Virus record (IMG/VR): IMGVR_UViG_3300044820_000076
Location: 1-34,472 of that record
Reading direction: 5' to 3' (one strand)
Origin: a virus
Lineage: Duplodnaviria > Caudoviricetes
DNA length: 34,472 nt
The notes under the pieces are model-generated. The model made no database searches, had not been told where the DNA came from, and worked only from the letters and a program-made list of their open reading frames with translations. The position numbers and the translations under genes were made by a program. This document shows positions 9,783 through 17,159 of this stretch, piece by piece (the first letter of the stretch is position 1; each line of letters opens with the position of its first letter).

Positions 9783-10004
9783 ATGAACGAAAAGATCAAG
9801 AAATTTTATCAGGATCACGAAGAGCAAATTCAGATTGTAGCGCTTCTTGGTGCTCAGGCAGTTGGCGTGTGTTTATTATGCGCTATCGTTGCTAAGGCGT
9901 CCAGGGCGGAAACTCTGAATAATTTGCACATCAAAGATATCCTGAACAAAGACGGCAAACTTGTCGGGCTTATTATCGACGGAATCACTTATATGCATCA
10001 TTAA
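9783..10004 (+). CDS. Small membrane protein, 73 aa (MNEKIKKFYQDHEEQ...)
   Basis: AAGGAG RBS before ATG9783; one hydrophobic segment. The track start at 9633 runs through RNA A and motif 4 and is unlikely. Confidence 0.8.
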   Translation: MNEKIKKFYQDHEEQIQIVALLGAQAVGVCLLCAIVAKASRAETLNNLHIKDILNKDGKLVGLIIDGITYMHH

Positions 10005-10010
10005 GTTTCA

Positions 10011-10046
10011 GAGAGGAGTGTCATGAAAACATGGCATTCCTTTTTT
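10011..10046 (+). terminator. Intrinsic terminator
   Basis: GAGAGGAGTGTCATG-AAAA-CATGGCATTCCTTTTTT; homologous to the 9173 terminator. Confidence 0.85.
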
Positions 10047-10047
10047 C

Positions 10048-10076
10048 CTCGTAAAAAAACACGTGCTATAATGAAA
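10048..10076 (+). promoter_or_regulatory. Cassette motif copy 5
   Basis: CTCGT at 10048, TGCTATAATGAAA with TATAAT at 10067 (spacer one nt shorter than the others). Confidence 0.85.
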
Positions 10077-10104
10077 TTAAATTCTAAATTAAGGAGATAC
10101 TAAA

Positions 10105-10347
10105 ATGTCTACTCTATATACGAACACCAGCAAAGTTGGCGCAGTAATCGGACTCGTTGTTACGACCGTTGCCGTAACGTACGCTTCACAGCACTCGACC
10201 GAAATTGTTAATGGCACATTGTCATTAGCAAAAAAAGGAATCGATAAAGCGAACAGTATGTTGCACAAAGGAAAGAAACAATACTCGGTTTGCACCCGCA
10301 TGGCGGATGGACGCATTGTTGATACAGGCGAAAGACTCTGGAAATAG
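10105..10347 (+). CDS. Small membrane-anchored protein, 80 aa
   Basis: AAGGAG RBS; N-terminal hydrophobic helix. Confidence 0.8.
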   Translation: MSTLYTNTSKVGAVIGLVVTTVAVTYASQHSTEIVNGTLSLAKKGIDKANSMLHKGKKQYSVCTRMADGRIVDTGERLWK

Positions 10348-10353
10348 ATTTAA

Positions 10354-10390
10354 AAAAGAAAGGTCTCATGAAAACATGGGATCTTCTTTT
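10354..10390 (+). terminator. Intrinsic terminator
   Basis: AAAGAAAGGTCTCATG-AAAA-CATGGGATCTTCTTTT. Confidence 0.85.
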
Positions 10391-10392
10391 AC

Positions 10393-10422
10393 CTCGCGTT
10401 AATTACATGTCCTATATTGAAA
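10393..10422 (+). promoter_or_regulatory. Cassette motif copy 6
   Basis: CTCGC at 10393, TATATTGAAA at 10413. Confidence 0.75.
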
Positions 10423-10496
10423 GAGGTGTGTAGCAACCAGTCAATGGACTCACTACTGTAGCTTAGTATACAGCAGCTTACACATCTCTTTAATAT
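10414..10496 (+). ncRNA. Candidate structured small RNA B
   Basis: About 18-bp closing stem ATATTGAAAGAGGTGTGTA/TACACATCTCTTTAATAT enclosing two hairpins (AGTC-AATG-GACT; CTGTA..TACAG); no ORF. Confidence 0.65.
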
Positions 10497-10501
10497 TATG
10501 C

Positions 10502-10531
10502 CTCGCACTTTTTACACGTGCTATAATGAAA
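10502..10531 (+). promoter_or_regulatory. Cassette motif copy 7
   Basis: CTCGC at 10502, TGCTATAATGAAA with TATAAT at 10522. Confidence 0.85.
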
Positions 10532-10560
10532 TTAAACTAAAAATTAAAGGGAGAGAAATC

Positions 10561-10704
10561 ATGTTAAAAAAATTAGGAAAGTTTTTAGATTCACACGAAA
10601 ACGTGATGGTCAATGTTGCATATGGATTTGCAGCTGTGATTATCGCGGGAACGTTGATCTTCAACGTCCTGGTAGCAACGCATGTAATTGAATTCGTTAA
10701 GTAA
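10561..10704 (+). CDS. Small membrane protein, 47 aa (MLKKLGKFLDSHENV...)
   Basis: AAGGGAG RBS before ATG10561; single TM helix. Confidence 0.75.
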   Translation: MLKKLGKFLDSHENVMVNVAYGFAAVIIAGTLIFNVLVATHVIEFVK

Positions 10705-10712
10705 ATTTAATC

Positions 10713-10749
10713 AAAAGAAAGGTATCAAGGAGACTTGGTATCTTCTTTT
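10713..10749 (+). terminator. Intrinsic terminator
   Basis: AAAAGAAAGGTATCAAG-GAGA-CTTGGTATCTTCTTTT. Confidence 0.85.
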
Positions 10750-10751
10750 AC

Positions 10752-10781
10752 CTCGCGTTTTTTACACGTGCTATAATGAAA
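10752..10781 (+). promoter_or_regulatory. Cassette motif copy 8
   Basis: CTCGC at 10752, TATAAT at 10772; 35 nt identical to copy 7 (10509-10543 = 10759-10793). Confidence 0.85.
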
Positions 10782-10825
10782 TTAAACTAAAAAATTAAAT
10801 TAACTATGAACTATAGGAGATTAAA

Positions 10826-10996
10826 ATGTTAGAAACAATTGCAATTATCTTAGTAGTATTGATAATCCTTGCTATTGGTGGCGTTCGCTTATTGAAAGCC
10901 ATCATATTAGGGATGTTAATCGGCTGGGCAATCGCCGTGGTTTGTAATATTGTAACCTACGTTGGAATCAAAATTAAGTTAGCTTTAGCTAAATGA
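10826..10996 (+). CDS. Small two-TM membrane protein, 56 aa (MLETIAIILVVLIILAIGG...)
   Basis: Manually translated; AGGAG RBS; almost entirely hydrophobic. Confidence 0.75.
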   Translation: MLETIAIILVVLIILAIGGVRLLKAIILGMLIGWAIAVVCNIVTYVGIKIKLALAK

Positions 10997-11000
10997 CCAA

Positions 11001-11040
11001 AAAAGAAAGGTCTCGTAAATAAAATACGGGATCTTCTTTT
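11001..11040 (+). terminator. Intrinsic terminator
   Basis: AAAAGAAAGGTCTCGTA-loop-TACGGGATCTTCTTTT; homologous to the 10354 terminator. Confidence 0.85.
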
Positions 11041-11064
11041 AACTTTTTCTTGAAAGGAGAAAGA

Positions 11065-11289
11065 ATGTACAGATCAGGTTATAACGAAGTTAAAGTCGGG
11101 GACCGCGTTGTTGTTAATGTGCACGGTGTTAATCGAGGAAAAAAAGGAACTGTTTCCAAATTGCGTGATGACCACGAAACGGCTGAATGCGGTGGACCAA
11201 TTTGGATTCGCTTTGATGATGGAACAGAGCACCGTATTTCTCATCGGTTCGTTTCGATCATAGAATATGTGGATGTTCATACATCTTGA
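11065..11289 (+). CDS. Small KOW/SH3-like beta-barrel protein
   Basis: 'VKVGDRVVV....NRGKKGTV' KOW-like motif and 'WIRFDDG'; TCTTGAAAGGAG RBS. Confidence 0.65.
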   Translation: MYRSGYNEVKVGDRVVVNVHGVNRGKKGTVSKLRDDHETAECGGPIWIRFDDGTEHRISHRFVSIIEYVDVHTS

Positions 11290-11300
11290 AAGGAGATAAT

Positions 11301-11645
11301 ATGGCGCAGGCACTTAACCGAGAACAGTATAACGCATATATGCAAGCCAGGAAGTTATTAGAATCGCTCGGGTATGTTCTTATAAATCGTGAATTATATT
11401 ACGAAATGCAAGAACAAATGTCCGTTATAATCGACCATATTTCCGACAAAACAAAAATTGTCCCAGTTCCATATGGCGATGATGCGGGTCTTATTCCACG
11501 GAAAGGCAACGAGTTGCCAAGTTCTAATAATTTCGTTCGTGTACCAATGTTTAGGTTATTTAATAGAGTAGTTGGTTACAATGTTGACGAGGATATTATT
11601 GTGTATTGGAAGGAGAAATACTATGACGGCATTCGATCCGAATGA
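11301..11645 (+). CDS. Hypothetical protein (paralogue of 12102..12374)
   Basis: TCTTGAAAGGAG RBS; shared motifs listed in the findings. Confidence 0.75.
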   Translation: MAQALNREQYNAYMQARKLLESLGYVLINRELYYEMQEQMSVIIDHISDKTKIVPVPYGDDAGLIPRKGNELPSSNNFVRVPMFRLFNRVVGYNVDEDIIVYWKEKYYDGIRSE

Positions 11646-11880
11646 ACTTCTGTCTAAGATTGTTAGCCAACTCTTGAATATCAAGATCATTGAGAGTGTA
11701 ACTATTGAAAAAGATGACCCAACACAATACAGGATAATCGTTCGATATTACAATTTCAAAAAGTATGTTTCGCTTATCATTCCTCTTATTGAGATAGAAA
11801 CAGCAAACTTTGACGTTGTTGAGTACACAGTTCAACAAATTCAACATTATATTGATGAAGAATCGAAAAAAAAAAGGTAA
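11623..11880 (+). CDS. Hypothetical protein
   Basis: AAGGAG RBS before ATG11623. Confidence 0.7.
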   Translation: MTAFDPNELLSKIVSQLLNIKIIESVTIEKDDPTQYRIIVRYYNFKKYVSLIIPLIEIETANFDVVEYTVQQIQHYIDEESKKKR

Positions 11881-11889
11881 GGAGTTAGT

Positions 11890-12105
11890 ATGTCTGATTT
11901 TTTGGATGTTTTTATGTATATGGGGGCCTTTTTTATTAATCTGACCGGAACCCTCGTGATCCTCATTTTAGTGCCTTTTGGTGTTATTGAGATCCTACTC
12001 TTCCGAAAACCTGGATATAAGATCGCTACTTTAAAGAACTTATTAGTGATCACAGGTCGCGAGATTAAGAAGTTATGGACTCAGAAATATGGGAGAATAA
12101 AATGA
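11890..12105 (+). CDS. Small membrane protein
   Basis: GGAG RBS; hydrophobic N-terminal half. Confidence 0.7.
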   Translation: MSDFLDVFMYMGAFFINLTGTLVILILVPFGVIEILLFRKPGYKIATLKNLLVITGREIKKLWTQKYGRIK

Positions 12106-12374
12106 GTGACGACTCAAATTTAGAACGATTGATCGATGGGGCGACCGTAGAATCCACTCAGAAATTGCTGCGCGACTTAGCCGCTCATTTTTCCGAGAAG
12201 ACTGAATTTGTTGCCATTCCTAATGGCGTATATTCGTGGGACACGCAAGTTTATGACGTTACACCAGACGGTATTAAAATGCACGTTGAGAGCACGCCAT
12301 TAGTGCCATTTTTTGGTATGATGGTTGGTTACAATTCCAAGCGTGATGTCATGGCCACATGGAAACCAAAATAA
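12102..12374 (+). CDS. Hypothetical protein (paralogue of 11301..11645)
   Basis: GGGAG RBS; ATGA overlap with the upstream gene. Confidence 0.75.
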   Translation: MSDDSNLERLIDGATVESTQKLLRDLAAHFSEKTEFVAIPNGVYSWDTQVYDVTPDGIKMHVESTPLVPFFGMMVGYNSKRDVMATWKPK

Positions 12375-12383
12375 GGAGTTACT

Positions 12384-12590
12384 ATGGGGCGAAAGAAAAA
12401 AAAACCGCCAATAATAGTAAGACTAATCACTCAGCAGACGATCGGTCTATCGCTAGATTTTGATATAATCTATTACGAGCAGAGATACGAGATGAGTGAC
12501 GGATCTGTAAAAAAAATGTACGCGTCACGCGTGCACGGCAAGATGTCAACTCCAAGTGAGACCAAACCTCACATGGATCTACCATTGTAA
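12384..12590 (+). CDS. Hypothetical basic protein
   Basis: AAGGAG RBS; compact gene packing. Confidence 0.65.
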   Translation: MGRKKKKPPIIVRLITQQTIGLSLDFDIIYYEQRYEMSDGSVKKMYASRVHGKMSTPSETKPHMDLPL

Positions 12591-12615
12591 TCATATTTTG
12601 AAAGGATATTGTAAG

Positions 12616-12792
12616 ATGGGTGGGATTAATTCAAGACATGTTAACTGGAAACCGGCGCCATTGCCTAGAAAAATGGCCCGCAAACCAAAATCTGGCTTAT
12701 ACTACGCTCTTAGTGTTCTGGGAGGGACCTGCATTGCTGGGATCATTATCTGGGGATTTTGGGGCGTTATTGTGCTGACGTTCTGGAGGTAA
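12616..12792 (+). CDS. Small membrane protein with a C-terminal TM helix
   Basis: GAAAGGA RBS before ATG12616. Confidence 0.65.
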   Translation: MGGINSRHVNWKPAPLPRKMARKPKSGLYYALSVLGGTCIAGIIIWGFWGVIVLTFWR

Positions 12793-12793
12793 G

Positions 12794-12970
12794 ATGACGA
12801 AAAATATGAAATGTTACTTCACCATAACTGGGCCTGTTCCGATGATTGCTGCCGGAGTGCTTCCTGTATTTGCCGATCATATTCCGTCATTTGCAAAAGA
12901 AATAGGTATCGCTTTCATTTTCCTTGGAGTAATATTTTTGATCTATATTTGGAGGATAAAGGAGAAATAA
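12794..12970 (+). CDS. Small membrane protein, 58 aa
   Basis: Manually translated; GGAGG RBS; TAATG coupling to the next gene. Confidence 0.6.
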   Translation: MTKNMKCYFTITGPVPMIAAGVLPVFADHIPSFAKEIGIAFIFLGVIFLIYIWRIKEK

Positions 12971-13224
12971 TGGCCGAACAAACTGAGGTTATAGTTAGAT
13001 ACCCAACTGGAATGACAGAAGAAGATAAAGACTCCCTTTACAAAGAAGTTATCGGCAATATTGAAAAATTGAAAGGCCGAATAGTGGAAGGAGAACCGAT
13101 TGAAGAAATTCATGTCGTCTTAGTCGGGACTCGACTTGTTGTTGAGGGCATCGAGCATTTTACAACTCAATTATCAACGGTTATAGACAGAAAAGAAGTC
13201 ACCTTCAAATCATTGGACGATTAA
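12970..13224 (+). CDS. Hypothetical acidic protein
   Basis: AAGGAG RBS before ATG12970; the track start at 12811 is unlikely. Confidence 0.7.
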   Translation: MAEQTEVIVRYPTGMTEEDKDSLYKEVIGNIEKLKGRIVEGEPIEEIHVVLVGTRLVVEGIEHFTTQLSTVIDRKEVTFKSLDD

Positions 13225-13251
13225 GAAAAAAACTCTTGAAAGGAGAATAAA

Positions 13252-13722
13252 ATGCAAAGGAAAGGTTTGAATAGCGCTGTTGCTCGTAATGTTTTGGCCA
13301 AGTCTCTGTACGATTGCATTGAGAAGGTTAACAAAGAGCGCTGGCTGACGAATACCACCGAGGGCCAACTCTACGCGGCCAAAATCAAGCAGGAAGCAGA
13401 GAACACCGAGCTGAAAAAGCAGTTTGCGGTTGGCCAGATGGTTTGGCGAGAGGACATTGCTTATCCTCAGGATCTCAACTCAGGAGTGGACGACGGCTGG
13501 CTTGTAAATCGCTGCAATCGAATTACCGAGGTGCATGACAGTTTTGTCCAAACTGAGATGCTTTTCGCTATTGACGCTGACGGCTTTACCAGACAGGATG
13601 AGTATTCTATTTGGTCTGGTTATATTTGCAAGAAGGGCGACGAGCAGATCTATATGTTTTACGAGTTGGAGAAGCATATCGCCAAGAGTGGTAATACCTG
13701 GTGGCGATTTAAAATCAAGTAG
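13252..13722 (+). CDS. Hypothetical protein
   Basis: TCTTGAAAGGAG RBS; 156 aa. Confidence 0.8.
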   Translation: MQRKGLNSAVARNVLAKSLYDCIEKVNKERWLTNTTEGQLYAAKIKQEAENTELKKQFAVGQMVWREDIAYPQDLNSGVDDGWLVNRCNRITEVHDSFVQTEMLFAIDADGFTRQDEYSIWSGYICKKGDEQIYMFYELEKHIAKSGNTWWRFKIK

Positions 13723-13752
13723 CTCGTAGAAAAAACACACGTTATAATGAAA
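13723..13752 (+). promoter_or_regulatory. Cassette motif copy 9
   Basis: CTCGT at 13723, TATAATGAAA at 13743. Confidence 0.85.
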
Positions 13753-13809
13753 GAGTTATATTGGCCAACTGCTAACTGCAGGTTATTGCTGATATAACTC
13801 TTATTTTTT
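13751..13809 (+). ncRNA. Candidate small RNA C or attenuator hairpin
   Basis: 15-bp stem AAGAGTTATATTGGC/GCTGATATAACTCTT (two G-U pairs) with an inner CTGC-TAACT-GCAG hairpin, then a U-tract. Confidence 0.55.
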
Positions 13810-13833
13810 CCCTAATCTTAAAAGGAGATTAAA

Positions 13834-13971
13834 ATGAAATGGACTAAAGGTCAAGGCTTAGTTGAGTACGCATTGGTTATCGTACTTGTTGCGATCGTTG
13901 TTATTGCTATTTTGGCCATATTAGGCCCGGCGATCAGCATGATTTTTGACAATATTCTTACCGCTCTCTAG
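13834..13971 (+). CDS. flp: Flp-family (Tad) pilin, 45 aa
   Basis: Manual translation MKWTKG/QGLVEYALVIVLVAIVVIAILAILGPAISMIFDNILTAL: prepilin G-cleavage site, E5-Y6 Flp motif and hydrophobic helix; AAAGGAG RBS. Confidence 0.9.
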   Translation: MKWTKGQGLVEYALVIVLVAIVVIAILAILGPAISMIFDNILTAL

Positions 13972-14011
13972 GCCGTAAGAACCATATTTTCGCATCTTGA
14001 AGGGAGATAAA

Positions 14012-14812
14012 ATGGATTTAAATTTGAAAGCACTGCAAGTCGTTGCCAAGAATGTTGGCGACGGAATGGTGAAAAACTCACCAAGTATTATGACTGGTCT
14101 AGGAGTTGGTGGGGTTCTGACAACTGCTATCTTAGCAGTAGGAGCCACGCCAAAAGCAATAGAACTGGTTGAAGAGGAAGACGCTCGGCGTGTTCAAGCC
14201 TGGGAAAAAGACAAAATCATTTATGAGCCACCGAGTAAACTTGACATGGTCAAACTAACCTGGAAGTTATATTTGCCATCTGCTTTGATGGGAGTTGCCA
14301 CGATCGCTTGCATTGTTGGCGCTAACTCCATTCATCTGCGTCGCTCAGCAGCCCTTGCTGGGGCATATTCCCTGGCTGACACTGCTTTGAAAGAATACCA
14401 AGCAAAAGTTCTGCAGCAACTCGGCGAAAAAAAAGAGCAATCTCTTATTCGTGACGAGATCGCCCAGGACAAATTGAACGCTAACCCAGTTGATGGCAAG
14501 CAGGTTATCGTGACTGGCAATGGTGACTGCATGTGTTACGAAGCACTATCAGGTCGCTATTTCAAGAGTAGTATGAACGCGATCAAGACCGCCGAGGCCA
14601 ACTTCAATCATGATTTGTTCACTGGGCGGATCGCTTATGGAACTCTTAACGAGTTTTATGACAATCTGGGCATCGAGCATTCGACCATGGGCGAGAATAC
14701 TGGTTGGTCGGTGAACCAACCTTTGAACGTCATTTACAGCTCAAAAATCGCCGTTCCGAGCAACGAGCCGTGTCTTGTACTGCAGTACTCCACCCCTCCG
14801 AGGCCTCTTTAA
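14012..14812 (+). CDS. DUF6353-like phage protein (paralogue 1)
   Basis: 'KNSPSIMTGLG..G....AV.ATPKA', 'LAGAYSL....LKEY', 'SGRYF' and 'LNEFYD.LG....G...GW' motifs. Confidence 0.75.
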   Translation: MDLNLKALQVVAKNVGDGMVKNSPSIMTGLGVGGVLTTAILAVGATPKAIELVEEEDARRVQAWEKDKIIYEPPSKLDMVKLTWKLYLPSALMGVATIACIVGANSIHLRRSAALAGAYSLADTALKEYQAKVLQQLGEKKEQSLIRDEIAQDKLNANPVDGKQVIVTGNGDCMCYEALSGRYFKSSMNAIKTAEANFNHDLFTGRIAYGTLNEFYDNLGIEHSTMGENTGWSVNQPLNVIYSSKIAVPSNEPCLVLQYSTPPRPL

Positions 14813-14846
14813 TACGGTTTTCACATATTTCAACGAAGACGAAGGA

Positions 14847-14942
14847 ATGTACTTCTTGATATGTGACGCCTGTGGTGAAGAGTGCCCTGCCGAAGAGTGG
14901 TTCAATTATGGGCATAGGTGCCCTAACATATTCTCCTCGTAG
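14847..14942 (+). CDS. Possible 31-aa zinc-finger mini-protein
   Basis: MYFLICDACGEECPAEEWFNYGHRCPNIFSS with CxxC...HxC; weak RBS. Confidence 0.35.
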   Translation: MYFLICDACGEECPAEEWFNYGHRCPNIFSS

Positions 14943-14965
14943 AATTTACACGTGCTATAATGAAA
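14936..14965 (+). promoter_or_regulatory. Cassette motif copy 10
   Basis: CTCGT at 14936, TGCTATAATGAAA with TATAAT at 14956. Confidence 0.85.
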
Positions 14966-14993
14966 TTAAATTCTAAAAAATAGGAGATTACCA

Positions 14994-15173
14994 ATGTTTG
15001 ATAAAATCAAAAGTATTGTAGCTGATCCCTTTGTACGCCAGACGGCTAAAGAAGTAGTAGGTGCGGTTGTTGTAACCAGCACTGTACTGATCACGACCGT
15101 CTTCGTCAAAGCGGTGATGGGCACAGTAGTTGATGCTATCAACGGCGAGAAGAAACCCGTTGAGCAGAATTGA
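14994..15173 (+). CDS. Small membrane protein, 59 aa (MFDKIKSIVADPF...)
   Basis: Manually translated; AGGAG RBS; Val/Thr-rich hydrophobic segment. Confidence 0.75.
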   Translation: MFDKIKSIVADPFVRQTAKEVVGAVVVTSTVLITTVFVKAVMGTVVDAINGEKKPVEQN

Positions 15174-15181
15174 TTTAGACT

Positions 15182-15219
15182 GATTAGATGTTAAGGAAAC
15201 TTAGCATCTAGTCTTTCTT
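15182..15219 (+). terminator. Intrinsic terminator
   Basis: GATTAGATGTTAAG-GAAA-CTTAGCATCTAGTC-TTTCTT. Confidence 0.8.
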
Positions 15220-15249
15220 CTCGCATAAAAAACACGGGCTATAATGAAA
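15220..15249 (+). promoter_or_regulatory. Cassette motif copy 11
   Basis: CTCGC at 15220, TATAATGAAA at 15240; GGGCTATAATGAAACTATATT is identical to copy 4. Confidence 0.85.
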
Positions 15250-15281
15250 CTATATTCTATTTATCTTGAAGGAGATTAAAA

Positions 15282-15476
15282 ATGATCGAACAGATTAAAG
15301 CGTTTGCAGTGTCCCATAAAGACGAAATCGTAAAGAAAGCTATCATCCTTGGTGGCGCGGTCGTTGGCTTAATTGTCACGAGCGTTGCCGTCAAATTGAC
15401 CAGCCCCTCTACCGAGATCGTTTCCGACGTGGAACCCGAATCGCAAGAACCGGTCGACCCTGAAATCCAGGCGTAG
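15282..15476 (+). CDS. Small membrane protein, 64 aa, with an acidic tail
   Basis: TCTTGAAGGAG RBS; one TM helix. Confidence 0.8.
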   Translation: MIEQIKAFAVSHKDEIVKKAIILGGAVVGLIVTSVAVKLTSPSTEIVSDVEPESQEPVDPEIQA

Positions 15477-15488
15477 ACAGAATTAGTG

Positions 15489-15527
15489 AAAGGAAGGGTG
15501 TTAAGGAAACTTAGCACCTTTCTTTTT
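15489..15527 (+). terminator. Intrinsic terminator
   Basis: AAGGAAGGGTGTTAAG-GAAA-CTTAGCACCTTTCTTTT; core identical to the 15182 terminator. Confidence 0.85.
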
Positions 15528-15544
15528 CTTTTTGAAGGGAAGAA

Positions 15545-15754
15545 ATGGCTAAGGTAATTGTCAATAAATGCGCATATTGTGGCTCCCCAATTAGCGAGCA
15601 CGAGGCTAGCAATGATATTTTCAACGACACAAAAAATCGCTTGGCCGTTCAAGCTCGGACATTCCCAAATCGCGAACCAACAGGGTTTGTTGCGGACGAC
15701 ACTATTATTCTTTACGAGCAGGTTTGCAAGACTTGCAAAAAACATGTTAGCTAA
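15545..15754 (+). CDS. Small zinc-ribbon protein
   Basis: CAYC and CKTC pairs; GAAGGGA RBS. Confidence 0.7.
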   Translation: MAKVIVNKCAYCGSPISEHEASNDIFNDTKNRLAVQARTFPNREPTGFVADDTIILYEQVCKTCKKHVS

Positions 15755-15779
15755 CATCATCTTGAAGGGATGAACACTT

Positions 15780-16034
15780 ATGTCTGATAAAGTTAAAAAA
15801 TCAATTTACCATATTCATGTCGTTACTGACAGCTCGAAAATATCCGTTCCACAAGTTATTGTGTTTGACTCGGTAAATGCTATTTGTGAGTTAGATAAGA
15901 TGGTAAATTTTGTCCGAGATATTATAGGTAATGACGTTGTTTTCTGTGACGGCCAGGTAGCACGATTCTGGGACAACAGTAAAGTTTATTGGTATAGGTG
16001 CTGTGATGGGGGGTGCCTAAATCATGACCACTAG
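15780..16034 (+). CDS. Hypothetical protein
   Basis: TCTTGAAGGGA RBS. Confidence 0.65.
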   Translation: MSDKVKKSIYHIHVVTDSSKISVPQVIVFDSVNAICELDKMVNFVRDIIGNDVVFCDGQVARFWDNSKVYWYRCCDGGCLNHDH

Positions 16035-16161
16035 AGAGCAGGAAAAACGTAGGCAGGAAGAAGAGCGACGTCGTCAGAAAGCAGACCGCTGGATTAAAAA
16101 AGAGCAAACAACTCTGCTTGTTCATATTCGTGAGAACGAGCAGAAAAAAAATAATAAATAG
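16024..16161 (+). CDS. Small charged helical protein, 45 aa
   Basis: Manually translated (MTTREQEKRRQEEERRRQK...); fills the gap between neighbours. Confidence 0.5.
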   Translation: MTTREQEKRRQEEERRRQKADRWIKKEQTTLLVHIRENEQKKNNK

Positions 16162-16170
16162 GAGGATATC

Positions 16171-16500
16171 ATGTACGAGCGCTTTATTGACATGCTAACA
16201 AATTATGGCGATTTAGCTGCATATTTGCTAGTTAAATGCGAGACCAAAACTTTAACTGAGGAAGACGTGCAATGGGCGAAAAATGACGAGATGTCTTCCA
16301 GCACGTTGATATCAATGCTCGGTGGTGCTCCCGAAGAGAACCCCGACGTTGAGTTTTTGGCGCGTGAGGGTGTTAACGCGATCGCTTTTGACTTGCACCT
16401 GAACACACAAAACTATTTGCGAGAGCTTGGTCTTATTCCTCCGACGAGTGTCTGGGGCGAAGATGAGATGGAGTGCAAAGCTGATGATAGCGAAGACTAG
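16171..16500 (+). CDS. Hypothetical acidic protein
   Basis: AGGAGG RBS. Confidence 0.75.
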   Translation: MYERFIDMLTNYGDLAAYLLVKCETKTLTEEDVQWAKNDEMSSSTLISMLGGAPEENPDVEFLAREGVNAIAFDLHLNTQNYLRELGLIPPTSVWGEDEMECKADDSED

Positions 16501-16930
16501 TAATCCGTCTATAACCATATTTCGAAGTTTAATGTTCTTAATCGCGGCAACCCTGGTCTTTCTCGCGTTCAAAGCGATCGAACCATTTTTGGTGTTAGAA
16601 GCCGTCGACACGGAAGTTTTAGAAGCTGAGCCGGTGATGGTTATCGCTCCTAACAAAGTTTCCGATCATGGACTAACCAAGCACGCTGAGGCCAGTGCTA
16701 TACAGGACTCCTGCAATAAATCTATTTATCAGGTATGGAGAGATAAGTATGAGAGAAAATATTACTACTTATGCAAATTACAGAATGATAAATGGGGGAT
16801 TATTCCTGTTATTATTTCTAGCACCTCTGAAATTTGGAAAACTGCTTTTAGCCCTGGCAATGGGTGCTGGGCTGATACCTTTCGATATTTATCTAATACT
16901 GCCACTAAGTTCACAGGAGTTGTCCGTTAA
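16484..16930 (+). CDS. Membrane-anchored/secreted protein
   Basis: GGAG before ATG16484; N-terminal TM followed by a Cys-containing domain. Confidence 0.7.
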   Translation: MIAKTSNPSITIFRSLMFLIAATLVFLAFKAIEPFLVLEAVDTEVLEAEPVMVIAPNKVSDHGLTKHAEASAIQDSCNKSIYQVWRDKYERKYYYLCKLQNDKWGIIPVIISSTSEIWKTAFSPGNGCWADTFRYLSNTATKFTGVVR

Positions 16931-16944
16931 ATCTTGGAGAAGAA

Positions 16945-17061
16945 ATGGGCGACAAATTCTTAGGATCATCAATCGGAATGTTAGTGAAAAGTATAATCTT
17001 TGGTATTATACTACTTGGACTTCTTTTAGGTTTGATTTACGTGTTAGGATCTATGAGTTGA
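16945..17061 (+). CDS. Membrane mini-protein, 38 aa
   Basis: Manually translated MGDKFLGSSIGMLVKSIIFGIILLGLLLGLIYVLGSMS; GGAG RBS. Confidence 0.55.
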   Translation: MGDKFLGSSIGMLVKSIIFGIILLGLLLGLIYVLGSMS

Positions 17062-17159
17062 AAGAAGTTCTTAAAGAAGTTCGTCCAACGATAGGTGTGG
17101 TTTTCGCTATTATAACGATTACCACACTTATCATATTTATGATGTATATCTTCTCGTAG
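17058..17159 (+). CDS. Possible membrane mini-protein, 33 aa
   Basis: TTGA overlap with the previous stop; hydrophobic C-terminus (3' end of track ORF 16695..17159). Confidence 0.4.
   Translation: MKEVLKEVRPTIGVVFAIITITTLIIFMMYIFS

Noticed and set aside
8813-11040. Repeat array as a CRISPR array
   Set aside because: The repeats are degenerate and promoter-like, spacing is irregular (about 110-530 nt), the intervals hold genes or structured RNAs, and no cas genes are present.
9173-11040. Integron-type attC cassettes
   Set aside because: The hairpins have U-tracts and GNRA/AAAA loops typical of terminators, I saw no consistent GTTRRRY cores, and there is no integrase in the window.
16695-17057. 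Track ORF 16695..17159 as one 154-aa gene
   Set aside because: It overlaps 16484..16930 extensively; two short RBS-led or coupled membrane ORFs explain the region better.
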